64,000 bases of DNA, from contig NMRA01000067.1 in assembly GCA_002633005.1 (NCBI GenBank), positions 434,010 to 498,009 on the forward strand. The letters are read 5' to 3'. The DNA comes from Phoronis australis (Eukaryota; Animalia; Phoronida). Below the pieces are notes generated by a model. It did no database searches, was not told the DNA's origin, and was given only the letters and a program-made list of their open reading frames with translations. Positions 46,940 through 58,600 of the stretch are shown here, piece after piece (within the stretch, counting starts at the first letter, position 1; the number at the start of each line of letters is the position of its first letter). The translations under genes and the position numbers were made by a program.

Positions 46940-49799
46940 CGATGTAGCAAGTCGGTAGCTCTGCTTTATCAGTATTGTTTATAGCTGGATGAGAAAGACT
47001 ATACTGCAAGTGGTTGATGGACCAGCTAAATAACGAACATGTCAACTGGTTTAGATTGTTCGTCCTATACACCTAACTACTCTAGATTGCTTTTAATTTT
47101 TCTGTCTGAACTTCTAAAAACTGGTGTGGGCATTACGTCGAACATAAGTGTTTAAAAGCTTAATTTATCTCACACAAATGCCTTCATCATTTTTACACAC
47201 AAATACTATAATAATATTGTAATGAGCATGAGCCAAAAGAATCATTTCACATCTCGTCTCCTTTTTTAATCTTTGAAAGTGGGTATTTTCCCGCCTGAAT
47301 ATGGCTAGGTGCTGGTAAATCTGGCCAGTAGATTTAAAGGTTCGTCTTGGGTATTTTTGTTTGCCTACTGAACTGTGATGGTTCACAGTGATCCTGTTGG
47401 TAGTAGTGACGAGAAATATTCTGTGTACTTTGAAGATGTCATGAATTTTCTTCTCAAGTCTGTGATAAACGTGTTATCCTTCTCTTAAGTCCTGAGTATT
47501 GACCTAGAGTCATAAGTGTAAGGAACTGACTCAATGTCCAGTCGCACAATTATTTTAACAGGAAAAGTATTCAACTTTCTTTTTGTGCTTCGTCACTCGT
47601 TGTAGTTTCACGAGCCTCGAGTCTGTTTCATGGAAGTGACTTAAGACTTGAGACAGGAGTTTGATCTAATGTTTCCACTTCATAATTGCCAAATTCCGGT
47701 TTAGTCATATTTAACACATCACTGCATGAAAATAATTTGTATATTATTTCAGTAAGTAGCTGTCATGGGTTTATTCTCAGATACTTATGTTGTTTTCCTG
47801 GTGAGTTTAATTATTTTTCAGATAAAGATAATATCTGGAGCGTAAGACCAAATTTCTGTTCTTAGTCACTTTTCATGTAACAGACCGGGAGCCCTGTGAA
47901 GAGTGAAAGGAATGGTTTATGAATTTGTTTACATTACATGTATGTAGCTTAATTCATTATTATATTGTCTTACCAAGGAGTTGTTTATTGTGTGACTTGT
48001 TTGTTTAAATAATGGCAAAAACAAATAAAGGTCTGAATGTTAAGTGAAAATCCTTGTCATTTTGACACCACCCGTTTGCGAGATAAAAAGTAGGTAGAGT
48101 TTCGTCCCACTTCCCATGACGTCAATGTGTTAACCTGTTATAGCACAGTGTAGTTTCATCTGAGGCTTGTCGTACCTCATGCTGGTCATTAAGTTCAGTC
48201 TGAGCTGTCTTCTGGTGGAAAATTCAAGCCTAAATCCCAAGATACTCATAACTCTGGTCAATCTCATTAATGAGTTCTCAATCAAAAAGTCTAATGCCTA
48301 ACAATAATACCACAAATTTGTTATTGGCGCCCCGTAACCCGATCGTGTTCGTTTAAAAACGACTCAATGACTACTTTTTTATTAGAAAACTACGTGGCAC
48401 CAACCTGCAGGGAACCAGTCATGTCTACTATGCTGTCAGGAAAGCAACTGGCGGTGTACGGTTGTGCCCTAGGTATATTCACTACAGGGACAATAAGAGG
48501 GTCGGGTCGGCGGTCGTGTAATGCATTGTTCGTGATTTCTTGTGGGTCTTCCGGAATACGGTTGAAATCAAGTAGCTTTTGTGCTGTCCTTGTTTTTATT
48601 TGCCCCGGCGCTCGCTGAACGTTTTTGTACCATATTCCAGTGTCGCCGATAATTTACCGCCGTGTGTCCCTTAATGGAGCAAGTATATGGAATGATTACT
48701 CATGCAGTAGGGCCAAAATGGTTGATATTGAGGTTTTATTAGCCTAATAAAATGACATTGTCGGCCAGCTAAGGAGAATATACGTCCCCACGCATTCTCA
48801 GCCTACACTCATTCCTCAGCTGACAGTTGCGGCGAGAGTCCGGCACCGGCCTTAGTTTGAGCTACTGAGGAACCAGTATGGTTCCTAGGTTTGAGTGACT
48901 GTCAGTGGCAATTGGCTATTTAATTGGAATAAAATCACAAAAACAACGGATTTTGTTATAGCTTGAGTCATGGCAAAGCTAAACAATTCAAAAAGTCTCC
49001 CGAAAAATGCGTACCCGGTTCCGGGTCGGCAAAAGGTGATGCTCCTTTAAATGTGCGTTATTCCCCTTGCAACGGAGCCGAGTGAGTACAAAGCCTATTG
49101 GGTTTTTCAACAATCATAAATTAATTCAGTCTCATAACATTTCTTTACCGTGGTGGAATTTCCTATGTCGGTAACCAACAAACATCCGGGTGAAACCATC
49201 AGCGTTGGACTCAGTACTAACGTTTATTGCATGGGGTGGCCAACCCAAATGCTGCAAATTCCAAAGGCGCATGTAGGCCTACGCTTGGCCTGTTACTTCA
49301 TGGTTGGTTTCATCACTGTAAGGAATATTTCGAGACGGGATATATTTGAATAAATAACCTTCTTCGATTTTCGCTTTGTGTCAACTGGGATTAATTAAAT
49401 CAGTCTTTTTCTTTGTAATCCCGCTCGTCAACGAACCCTCAAAAGTTTGGGGGCATTTTTTTAACTCTTTACAATGACACTAACTCTGCTAAACTGGTAA
49501 GCGTGAACTAGCCGTTTAGACTATTTACACCGACTACGGAAAGATCCATTCTGTGACATCGATGCAACGATTAGTGTTCCGCCGGAGTTGATCCTTTTAT
49601 TACTCACGTGAGAAGTCAATGGTGCACAACCAGTTTCAGATATGCACTGATGAGTGGACACCAGACTCACTGCATTGGCTTAGTGAATTTGGGCGCGCCT
49701 GTCTGCATGTGCGAAACACTTCGACAAGACCACAAACAGCTGTACAAACGCAAGTGCTTGCTCCGCGCATGGCGCTCATTTCCAAACAAATTAAATGCT

Positions 49800-51050
49800 G
49801 GACCTATCCGTCAATGGAGGAAGTTATTCCCAAAAAGCTCACACACCTTAGCTTGCTACTAGACCATTCGTACTACACCATAAGCTCAGATTTACTCTTC
49901 ACTGTCGCGAACTCGTTCATAAAGTACAAAAATTAATTCAAGTTAAAATCGTCTCTCGTCATCTCAACACCATCTTGAAACTCTGTTCAAGTTTTTTGTA
50001 CTTCCACATTTAGATTACTGTGACATAATCTACCAATCAGCAAACGCTTCAATTAGAAAGACTACAATACCAAGCAGCTTTAGCCATAACAGGAGCATAC
50101 AAAGGATCCAACGCAATCAAGGTTCTAAACAGTCTCAACTGGAGCAAACTAGCAACTCGTCGTAAATTCCATGTGTCCATGTACATGTATACACTCAAAG
50201 TCTTAGTAAATAACAAAAACAATTATTCAAACAAAATCCTCTTTGACTCCTACAAAAGACTTACACAAGACCAGAAATGCTGCAAAGTAATATATACAAT
50301 ATACCATCTTCCCTCAGCCAAGCCTTCAGGAAATCTACGATATTAACTTGCTTTGACAGGCGGAAATTCCTTACCATCCAAAATAAAGGAAAGCCACTTC
50401 AGTCACTCTCGAAAATGACCTTAAACCGCATACCACTAAGTAAGACTTGCCAGTCCCATTGACATCATTCCAACTTCCTCGCAAGGCATGAAAAAATCGT
50501 ATACAGATCAAGATGCGGACTATTCCTAAACAGCGAAAAATTTAGACATGATAATTTTTATAATATTTGACTTCTGTGTTCCTGTGGAGACACTCGGACA
50601 AATACCAGTACTCATTGCCTGTGCGGTATACGGGGAGCAGAGGGCACAGCTTTTCCAGACAGTACCCCAATGTTTAAAAAAAATATTAAGATCTGACTCA
50701 AATGTATAACAAAATTAATTTTTTTCTAAATGGATGTAGTAAAGAACTCGACCTAAATGAAAATAGGCTTCGGAATAGTATCAAAATTTCTTTTTAAAAT
50801 TAAATCTCTTTGTGTGAGTCGATAAAATCGTATACATGTAAAATAACTTATTGTGTACAATGAAAATGATTCATTTATATTCGTTATCATATGACATTGT
50901 AATCTTAACATAAGTTATTAATTTATGTATCTGTGTATAATAATTGTATATAGATTTCTTTATGTTTGTTTAACCCAGATACAATGCCTCTTGGCGCTTT
51001 CAGGGTCTCTATTATTGTACTGAATATTTCATCATAAACATTCAAACAAA
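49800..51050 (+). mobile_element. 5'-truncated, degraded CR1/L2-type LINE (ORF2 C-terminal region and 3' end)
   Basis: Frame fragments LETLFKFFVLPHLDYCDIIY and LERLQYQAALAITGAYKGSNAIKVLNSLNWSKLATRRKFH are typical of the region after the RT domain; frameshifts and stops; ends in taaacattcaaacaaa. Confidence 0.75.
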
Positions 51051-52080
51051 GTTTGTGGTAGTAAACTCGGGCTAAAGGGAATTGAACACTTGATTTTTTT
51101 GCTCAGCTCTGACGTATCACTATGATGGCTAAAAACAGAAATCAATTGAGCTTTCTGATTCTCATAAGATCACTCTCATGTAATATATTCCATTCCGCGG
51201 TGAAATGATTCTATATTCCGTTACAACTCGCAAGCATTTTTTCGAGTCGCTGACTTGGTTTTTGACTGTTCCCGGCAGCAGCTTCATGTACCCACTGATA
51301 TTGAACCTTGAGTGACCGATGTGGTGAGACAGGGCTGACACTATAAAAATTATTTGAAGTCATATTTTACAAAAAATCAACATTAAAATAGATCTGAGGG
51401 CAAAAGGTCTAATTTATATCTTCTTATACCGGGCGGAGGGTGAACTTTCAAGTTGGTGACGTTGTCCAATTTTCAAACTTCAAAACCCCGATATCGCGAA
51501 CTATTCAAATATGTTATTTACAAACTTTCAAAACGAAAATTTAAAAATACTATTATCGCCCCAATGCAATATGATGGGTCTCGTTATCTAGAGAACGATA
51601 GCATCACCAGCCTGAGGCGATTGCACAACAGCAATGTGAGTGTCTCTGATGATCTCTGAAACCGGCAGATTGGTGCGCAAAGCCGCAAATCGATCGATTT
51701 ACCCACTCTAGACCGGATCCTTTCGGAGACATGATCCATCTCCTTCCAGAGCGCATTGGCTCCATACTGAGTTCAGTTGGCGCCGGCCGGAAAAAAACTT
51801 AAACAGCCAGAGCGTGAGGAAATATTGAGTTCATTAACTAACCCCGGTAATTAATATGCGGCTGAAACAAAATTTAACAATGTTTTCAGTTTGTGTGTGG
51901 GGGGAGCTCAGACCCGATTGCAAGTGTCAGGCCGGTGCCGTCGCAAGGGGTTTCCCGTTTTTTATTTTATTTTTTTAGTCGTGAACATCCTCAGAAATTC
52001 AAGCCCCTCTATATTTTAGGCTGGGTACACCCGCTAAATCGTGCTTTGTGCGATTCCCTGAGACAAAATGTTGCCCCCCC

Positions 52081-52280
52081 NNNNNNNNNNNNNNNNNNNN
52101 NNNNNNNNNNNNNNNNNNNNNNNNNNNNNNNNNNNNNNNNNNNNNNNNNNNNNNNNNNNNNNNNNNNNNNNNNNNNNNNNNNNNNNNNNNNNNNNNNNNN
52201 NNNNNNNNNNNNNNNNNNNNNNNNNNNNNNNNNNNNNNNNNNNNNNNNNNNNNNNNNNNNNNNNNNNNNNNNNNNNNNNN
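52081..52280. other. Assembly gap (200 N)
   Basis: Run of N. Confidence 1.
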
Positions 52281-52726
52281 NAATTATTTTTATCTCCGAT
52301 TTCAAATTGGTTCACCCTGACAAAAATGCAGAATTTTATGCAGTTTAAAATGATATATTAATCAGCGAATTTCATTCACGGACTGCAATGCTACGCCCGA
52401 AAATCGGACCCCCACTGAGCTGTCACAAAATTTTACGGAAGTGACGAAAATGCGTGTGTAAGCCATTTTTAGTCAAAAATTTTAGTATTTCATTTAGGAT
52501 GAGTGAATGTGTGTTGGACATGCATGGAAAGACAAAGAATCAGTGTTTATCATCATATCAATTTTATTCTTATCGAGTAATGATAAAAAGAGATATGACA
52601 GTTTGAAAATCTAGAAAAATGGCCGATTTTGTCGATTCCAGAAAATCGGCCATTATGGTTTGCTCACCCTATCAGTGGTCGAGACAGTGGTCTGCGTCTC
52701 AGTCAATGTCTGTTAATGCTATGGGG

Positions 52727-52843
52727 CACTGGTCGGATATAGCGGTCCCTGATTTAGAGAACCAGTTCATCCACTAAATAACGGGCCCGTTGTTCAGTGA
52801 TTGTCTGGTTCTCTAAATCAGGAACAGCTATATCCGACCAGTG
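52727..52843. repeat. Near-perfect ~117-bp palindrome
   Basis: cactggtcggatatagc...ctgatttagagaaccag...aacgggcccgtt...ctggttctctaaatcagg...gctatatccgaccagtg. Confidence 0.85.
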
Positions 52844-52898
52844 TCATGTTATGGGTTGTGCTACAAAAAATTGTTGCAGGCGGTCTGATACAGGTTGT

Positions 52899-53688
52899 AC
52901 CAGATGTGCGCAGGCCGTTCATGTGTGCTCATTGCACTGATCTCCTGGAACCATTGTTATGCTTTATTAATACATAGTTAAAACCTAGGACTATTCTATA
53001 CATGCGCGCACCCAACCTTCAATATGGGGGGCTCGAATTCCTGACTTTGTGGACCCTTGTAACAAAAAGGCAGGCGGAATAAAAAAGACGAGAGCACCTC
53101 TGTGAATTGCTCATTTGCGCATGTTTAGTGGACTTTTGCCTCAGTTTCTCGGACTTTTTGTCTCTTTGAGGCGGACCTTTTTGCCCACTTTGCCAAATGG
53201 GGGAGCTCGTTCGAGCCCCCTGAGCCCCCCTGGGTGCACGCATGCTATATTAATACTCCCAGGTTAAAACTCTTGTAAATGTGGTATTCTCTCGGCGTGC
53301 GGTGCTGTCTTTGTTGTTCGTCTGTGTATGTGTGTGTGTGTTGTTGTTCTCATGGTGAGCTTGAACATTACTCACATGACTCTGAACATGGTTTTGAATG
53401 CTCACTTAGGTGTGAAACCTCTGGTCTGTGAAGACGAACGTTTCTGAGTGTCCTGACTTGAGTCAAGTTGTGTGTTCCCTACGTGAGGTCTGACGGCTGT
53501 AAATCAATCTCCTGAACTACCTCTTTGCAGGCTGCGCTCACTATAAAACTGAGCTGAGGAGCTATATACCTGACTCTGAAAAACTGCCTAGGCCTAGCAC
53601 TAGCCTTGTGCCCCAGTGGGACGTGAACCCATGACCTTGAGTAAAGGAAGCGGACGCTTATCTCACAAGGCCACACTGCCTCCTCCAA
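52899..53688 (-). mobile_element. tRNA-derived SINE interrupted by nested insertions (including the TIR element 53001-53244)
   Basis: SINE body at 52899-52990 and head at ~53540-53688 match 19500-19696; nested catgcgcgcaccca...tgggtgcacgcatg flanked by ctata on both sides. Confidence 0.65.
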
Positions 53689-55674
53689 TGTTATGCAATA
53701 CTGTACTGTTACTTGCAGGGTTGAGCTAAACAATACATTGCCTGTGGATGCCTTGCTAGGCATACTTGCGATGACCCTGTAATGGAGCTGCTCAACTGAT
53801 TTACTGTTTGATTGATGAAGTGAGGTGTAACTGCATGCGAGTCAAACAACATGTTACATGAGACGCTTTGTTTCGCAACGCATTACAAATGACACATGTG
53901 TCTGTCCGTCCGTCTGTGGAACTGGAAGATGCAAAATACTCAGTAACAGTTCACGGACACATAATTCGCAAAGTAGAATGCATTAAAGACAAATTGCAAG
54001 CAAAACGGCAAATGACAGTAAATGTTACCTTAATGATGTATTAAGACTCGTGCAGTGACTAGAACACATCTGACCAGTGTGACAATATTTGCAAGAGTGC
54101 CTGAACATGGCGTATAACCCGGGCTCAGTCTCAGCGATCTGAGCACACTCGGCCATTCATAAACAAAATACTATTATAGTATTCACAGAACTCATAGCAC
54201 AACGCGTAGTAGGTGGAGCTAACTTCATTCACATGAGGTATACTAAACAGTATGCATGGAAACAGTTTCTGTTATTCCTGATTGGAATGCAGATGTAACT
54301 ATAAGCACACTTCCAAAACTTCAGTTGTTTCCTATTCAGTTTTTGGTCCATTCGTAATGCATGGAATGTCATGATTAGGATATATTTTCTTGATTTGAGA
54401 ACTCACCCCTTTCTTGGCTTCCGACCCTGACTCTGGTTGGATTTTTCAAACAGTAAATGTGGCAGTTAAATACAGCAGCCACTACGCTAGTTTCACAGTC
54501 TGGTTGGTAGTCCTCCCATGATCTCTGTATTGCCTTGCCAACTCTTAGTCTGAACTTATAAGTTGAATTTATTAAAATGAGTGGAAGTGCATACTGAAAA
54601 TCACTAAACACCAAAAGATTTGCTATTTGGCAATAAATCTTAGTTTTTTCTGTCGTTCTTTTATTCTTTGGAGAAAGTCCCAAAATCTATCCCCCCTCCT
54701 TGTTATCTTAATTTTACTTGATTACATGCCAAATGGCTGAAATCACCTGTATTTACACAGTACAACATGACTTTGTGGTCACTTGATCTAACACAATTTA
54801 TGATCAAATACTATTATAATCATTCTTGTACAGTTTTAAAATGAGATTGCTAAATTGCTCAAAGTCAAATAGAGTCCGTTGCAGTAGCGCCCCCTGTAGA
54901 ACAGAATGGCTCTATGAAAGGATGATGAACACACGGAATGCTGCGTATAGGTATCATTGTGCATGCCTTGGTTTGGACATTTGTTGTACATGTATGCAAT
55001 GCTTGATATGAGTGAGTAAATACTAAAAATACAAGAGGAACCTCATTTGTACGGGCACCGATGTTTTTAATTAGCCTAAATTTGGAAATACGAGTGGCAA
55101 ATATGTCATCACTCGTATTTTCGAGCGGACATTTTTTAGTTTGTCTCAAGCGCTGGTATGGCATGGTAGTAGTCCAGTTAAGTATTGTGAATCATTTTGT
55201 TGTTTTGTTTGATGCCAAGTGTAGTCTTGAGTGTGTCAAAAATGGACTTGTGTCTAACATGTACATCAATTTAGTCTGCTCTTGTGGTTGTAGCAATTCA
55301 CAATAGATGGAGCAGTACGTACTGCCTGAACTTGTTTTGTTTGGCTAATCAGTGAGAAGCCATGTTACGGTAAAATCTTACAATTTCAGACACAATATGG
55401 CTGACAAGTCATATTTATTTTTTATTTTGTCACAAAAGATAAGTAGCATCAAATGAATTTATTTTTGTTTTTAAAGATACCATATCTATCACCTGACAAT
55501 GATTCTGAGAAACTCTGGGAATTCATGTGAAAGTTGGAAGCATTTGAACAACAAGACCAATTTTGGCAATTGATTTTGTCCGGAATTCGTAAGATTTTAC
55601 TTTACATGATCTTTTCACCTCATAGTACTGGGAAAGAGTCTACAAGTCTACAGATGTGTTTGTGTTTTCCATAG

Positions 55675-58600
55675 GTAACATATGCCGTTCTCCAATGGCA
55701 GAGGCAGTCTTCAAACACATGTTGAAACAGAAAGGTGTTGCTGACCAAGTGAGTTTGAATTTCCTGTACAAATAAATCATGGTGAATATCACCGAGCTGT
55801 GAAGTTAGCTTTGATCTTGATGTTGAGGGAAGTCAGTTTTTGAAGTCATAAAAAGTCTGTAATTAAAGTGAATTAAAGCTGCCTTTTGAATCTAATTTGG
55901 TATGTCAGTCTTAGTTTCTTCCTTGCTGAGGTATATAAGTGTTTACAATGCAAAAGGAAGCATGCCTAACAGTTGGATTTAGACATATAGATGTTGTATC
56001 AATTTTGGTAAAGTCTCAAGACATTTCAAAGTCAGAATCTCAAACTAGAGTAAATCATGTGTGAGGGAGTGAATGAAGCTGTATTTATAAGCAATCAGTG
56101 AGTTTTGTCCATGTTGTATGTTGTGTACTAGGAGGTGACTCTGTATATGGCTTTTAAAGCCACATAAAGACCAAACACTAGACAGGGCTCGAAATAAGCA
56201 AATAGAAAAGTCAAATACGAGTAGGAAATTGACCTCACTCCTATTATTTGACCAGTAGGGGAGCGGACGTTTGGGTTTTTTTTGTCATTCTGTCATCACT
56301 TGTATTTTTGAGCAGGCATTTTTGCCTGTGTCGAGTGCTGACTAGGTGACTTTTCATTCAAGTTCACTAAATGTAAATTGACTATATCAGGGTCTGGGAT
56401 CTCCTTGTACTCAAAATCGAACTTAAAAGGGTTTTTAATGTTCTCCTGTTCTTTTTTTAGTGGGAACTCAAGATAAGTGTATATTATTTTGTGCTTAAGT
56501 ACGTTATGCATGGATTAATGTCTTGCTCTAGTCTGCACTTCATGCTCCCACCATTAAAACTATAAATTTGAGCCTTAACACCTGATCTGTACAATAAGAA
56601 GATATAACAATCATGGCAATTCACTACTTGCACGAATCTGCCATTATGCTTGAAAACAGTGTGTTGTGTCCACACTGCAAATGATTCAGCATCTTTGGAA
56701 CACACATGTTTTCACGCTTGCATTGTTAAAGCTGATGCTAAAACAAGGTATTGTGCCCTAAATAACAACTCACAACACTCCTTTTTTCAGCACCAGCAAA
56801 GTGTGTAAGTAGTAAATGATTATGATGACCGTTGTTGGGGAATTTGTTACATAAAATTATATTTTCATTGTATTGTGTTAATAGAAGCTAAAATGTTACT
56901 GACTACAATGTTTCGGTTTTTGATAGTTTTGTTTGTTTTTTAATTCAGTATTTGGTCGACAGCTGCGCCATTGGTCCTTGGCACGTAGGTGAACTCCCGA
57001 ACAGAAGAACTCTAAACGTTCTACAGAAACATGACATCCCATCAGACCACAGGGGACGACGGGTAGGCAACTCGCGGAACAAAATATTAAGCAGTGGCAG
57101 ATTAAACATTCGGTTGATCAGGTTTTAAGTGTCCGTGATCGCCATTTCTCTATCAAAATATACTCTGGACAATTGCTCAGTTCTTAAGTAATAATTCTCT
57201 GGTGGACTCTGATGCATGTACTGTCTGCCATTCACAAAGTAGTTATTGAAAAAGAAACAATGATTTTTGGCATGCCCATAAGTAATGAAAATAAAGTTTT
57301 AAATTGGATACTTATGCAATTAAAATATTTTATTTACCTATCTAGATGTAAAAAATAATCCTCAGTTTCTGTCATTTCCTTAAGATATTAGAAAGAGAAT
57401 TTTATATTCAAAGAAGAATTTTTAATTATTAAATAATGGTAATTTAGATGAATACCATGCAACCTGGAGAAACTAGTTAACCTTAACCATAACTTATGCC
57501 TGACAACATCCTACTAAAAGTGGACAGGTGCATGTGTGTATGTTAAAAGTGAGAATGGCTTGATTTTTGTTGCATGTCTTTGTATTTCTGTTCTGTATAC
57601 CAAAAAAGTAATAATTTTCTTATACTTGAAAAGTTGAATTAAAGCCACTCAACTGAAATTTTTTAAAGCAAAAAATTCTACTTAAGTACTGGTGTGGCAT
57701 AGCATCATCCTAATTGAAAATATCTAAATTATGCGCTATTCACATGTCAGTGTTTGGGATGTATAAAAGAGAGGCGCTGATCAAAGATTGCACCTTCTAC
57801 ATCGGACCCTCAAGTTAGGGGTCGGACACATGGGCTTCAGGCTAAAGCTTGGCATTGGACCCCGATTTTTTTAGTCTGCCATTGGTTCTGAATTTTGAAT
57901 TTTTTTGACAACTAAATTTGTGTCACATAAGTTAAGTGTTCATGTTTGATATTTTTTTTGTGTCAGCAGACCAATATTCATCACACAATAATCGAAGTTG
58001 GTAACATAAACTTTGTGTTTGATAGCAGTTAAACTTCAAAGTATATAAACGGTTATGGCACACGTTTCAATCGATTTAGAGCGTATGTTACAACCGCGCT
58101 GCTGTGCCTTACTGGAAGGACTATAACTCTCTTGGGCTTTCTGTTAAACCTAATTATTTTGTCCAGCTATGTTACAACTGCACTGGAAGGACTATAGCTC
58201 CCCCTTGTGATTTCTGTTCAAACTAATTCTTTTTTCCAGCTATGCAAAGAGGATTTCACCAAATTTGATTTGATTTTGGGAATGGATGGTGAGAACATGA
58301 TGTAAGTAGAATGGGCGTATAGGGTGTCCCAAAAATTCCTCTTAATTTGCGTGCTGCGAGATCAAATTCAATTCCTGTAGGTCAGACTCTGCACCCGGGT
58401 GTACTGTATAAGCACACCTTGCTGCAAAAGTAAGCGTGTGAACCGGCACATGCTCTGTATACACAGGAATGGCACGCAAACAACTCAGTTTTGGAGAATA
58501 ACAATTTATTGCGCTCAAAAACGTCAAGATAGTGCAAGTTAATAACAAAGCATTTATTTTGATTTAAAAACTTAATTTCTTTATGAAGTTAAACCAGTTG

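Noticed and set aside
48367-48618. 83-aa ORF ending VLVFICPGAR as exon 1 of ACP1 copy 2
   Set aside because: No GT donor at the needed position and a poor match to the motif
51893-52361. ORFs spanning the N run
   Set aside because: Artefacts of the assembly gap
55340-55375. tgttacg|gtaaaa resembling the end of ACP1 exon 1 (CYG)
   Set aside because: The upstream frame (TCFVWLISEKP) lacks VLFV, has no ATG and hits a stop
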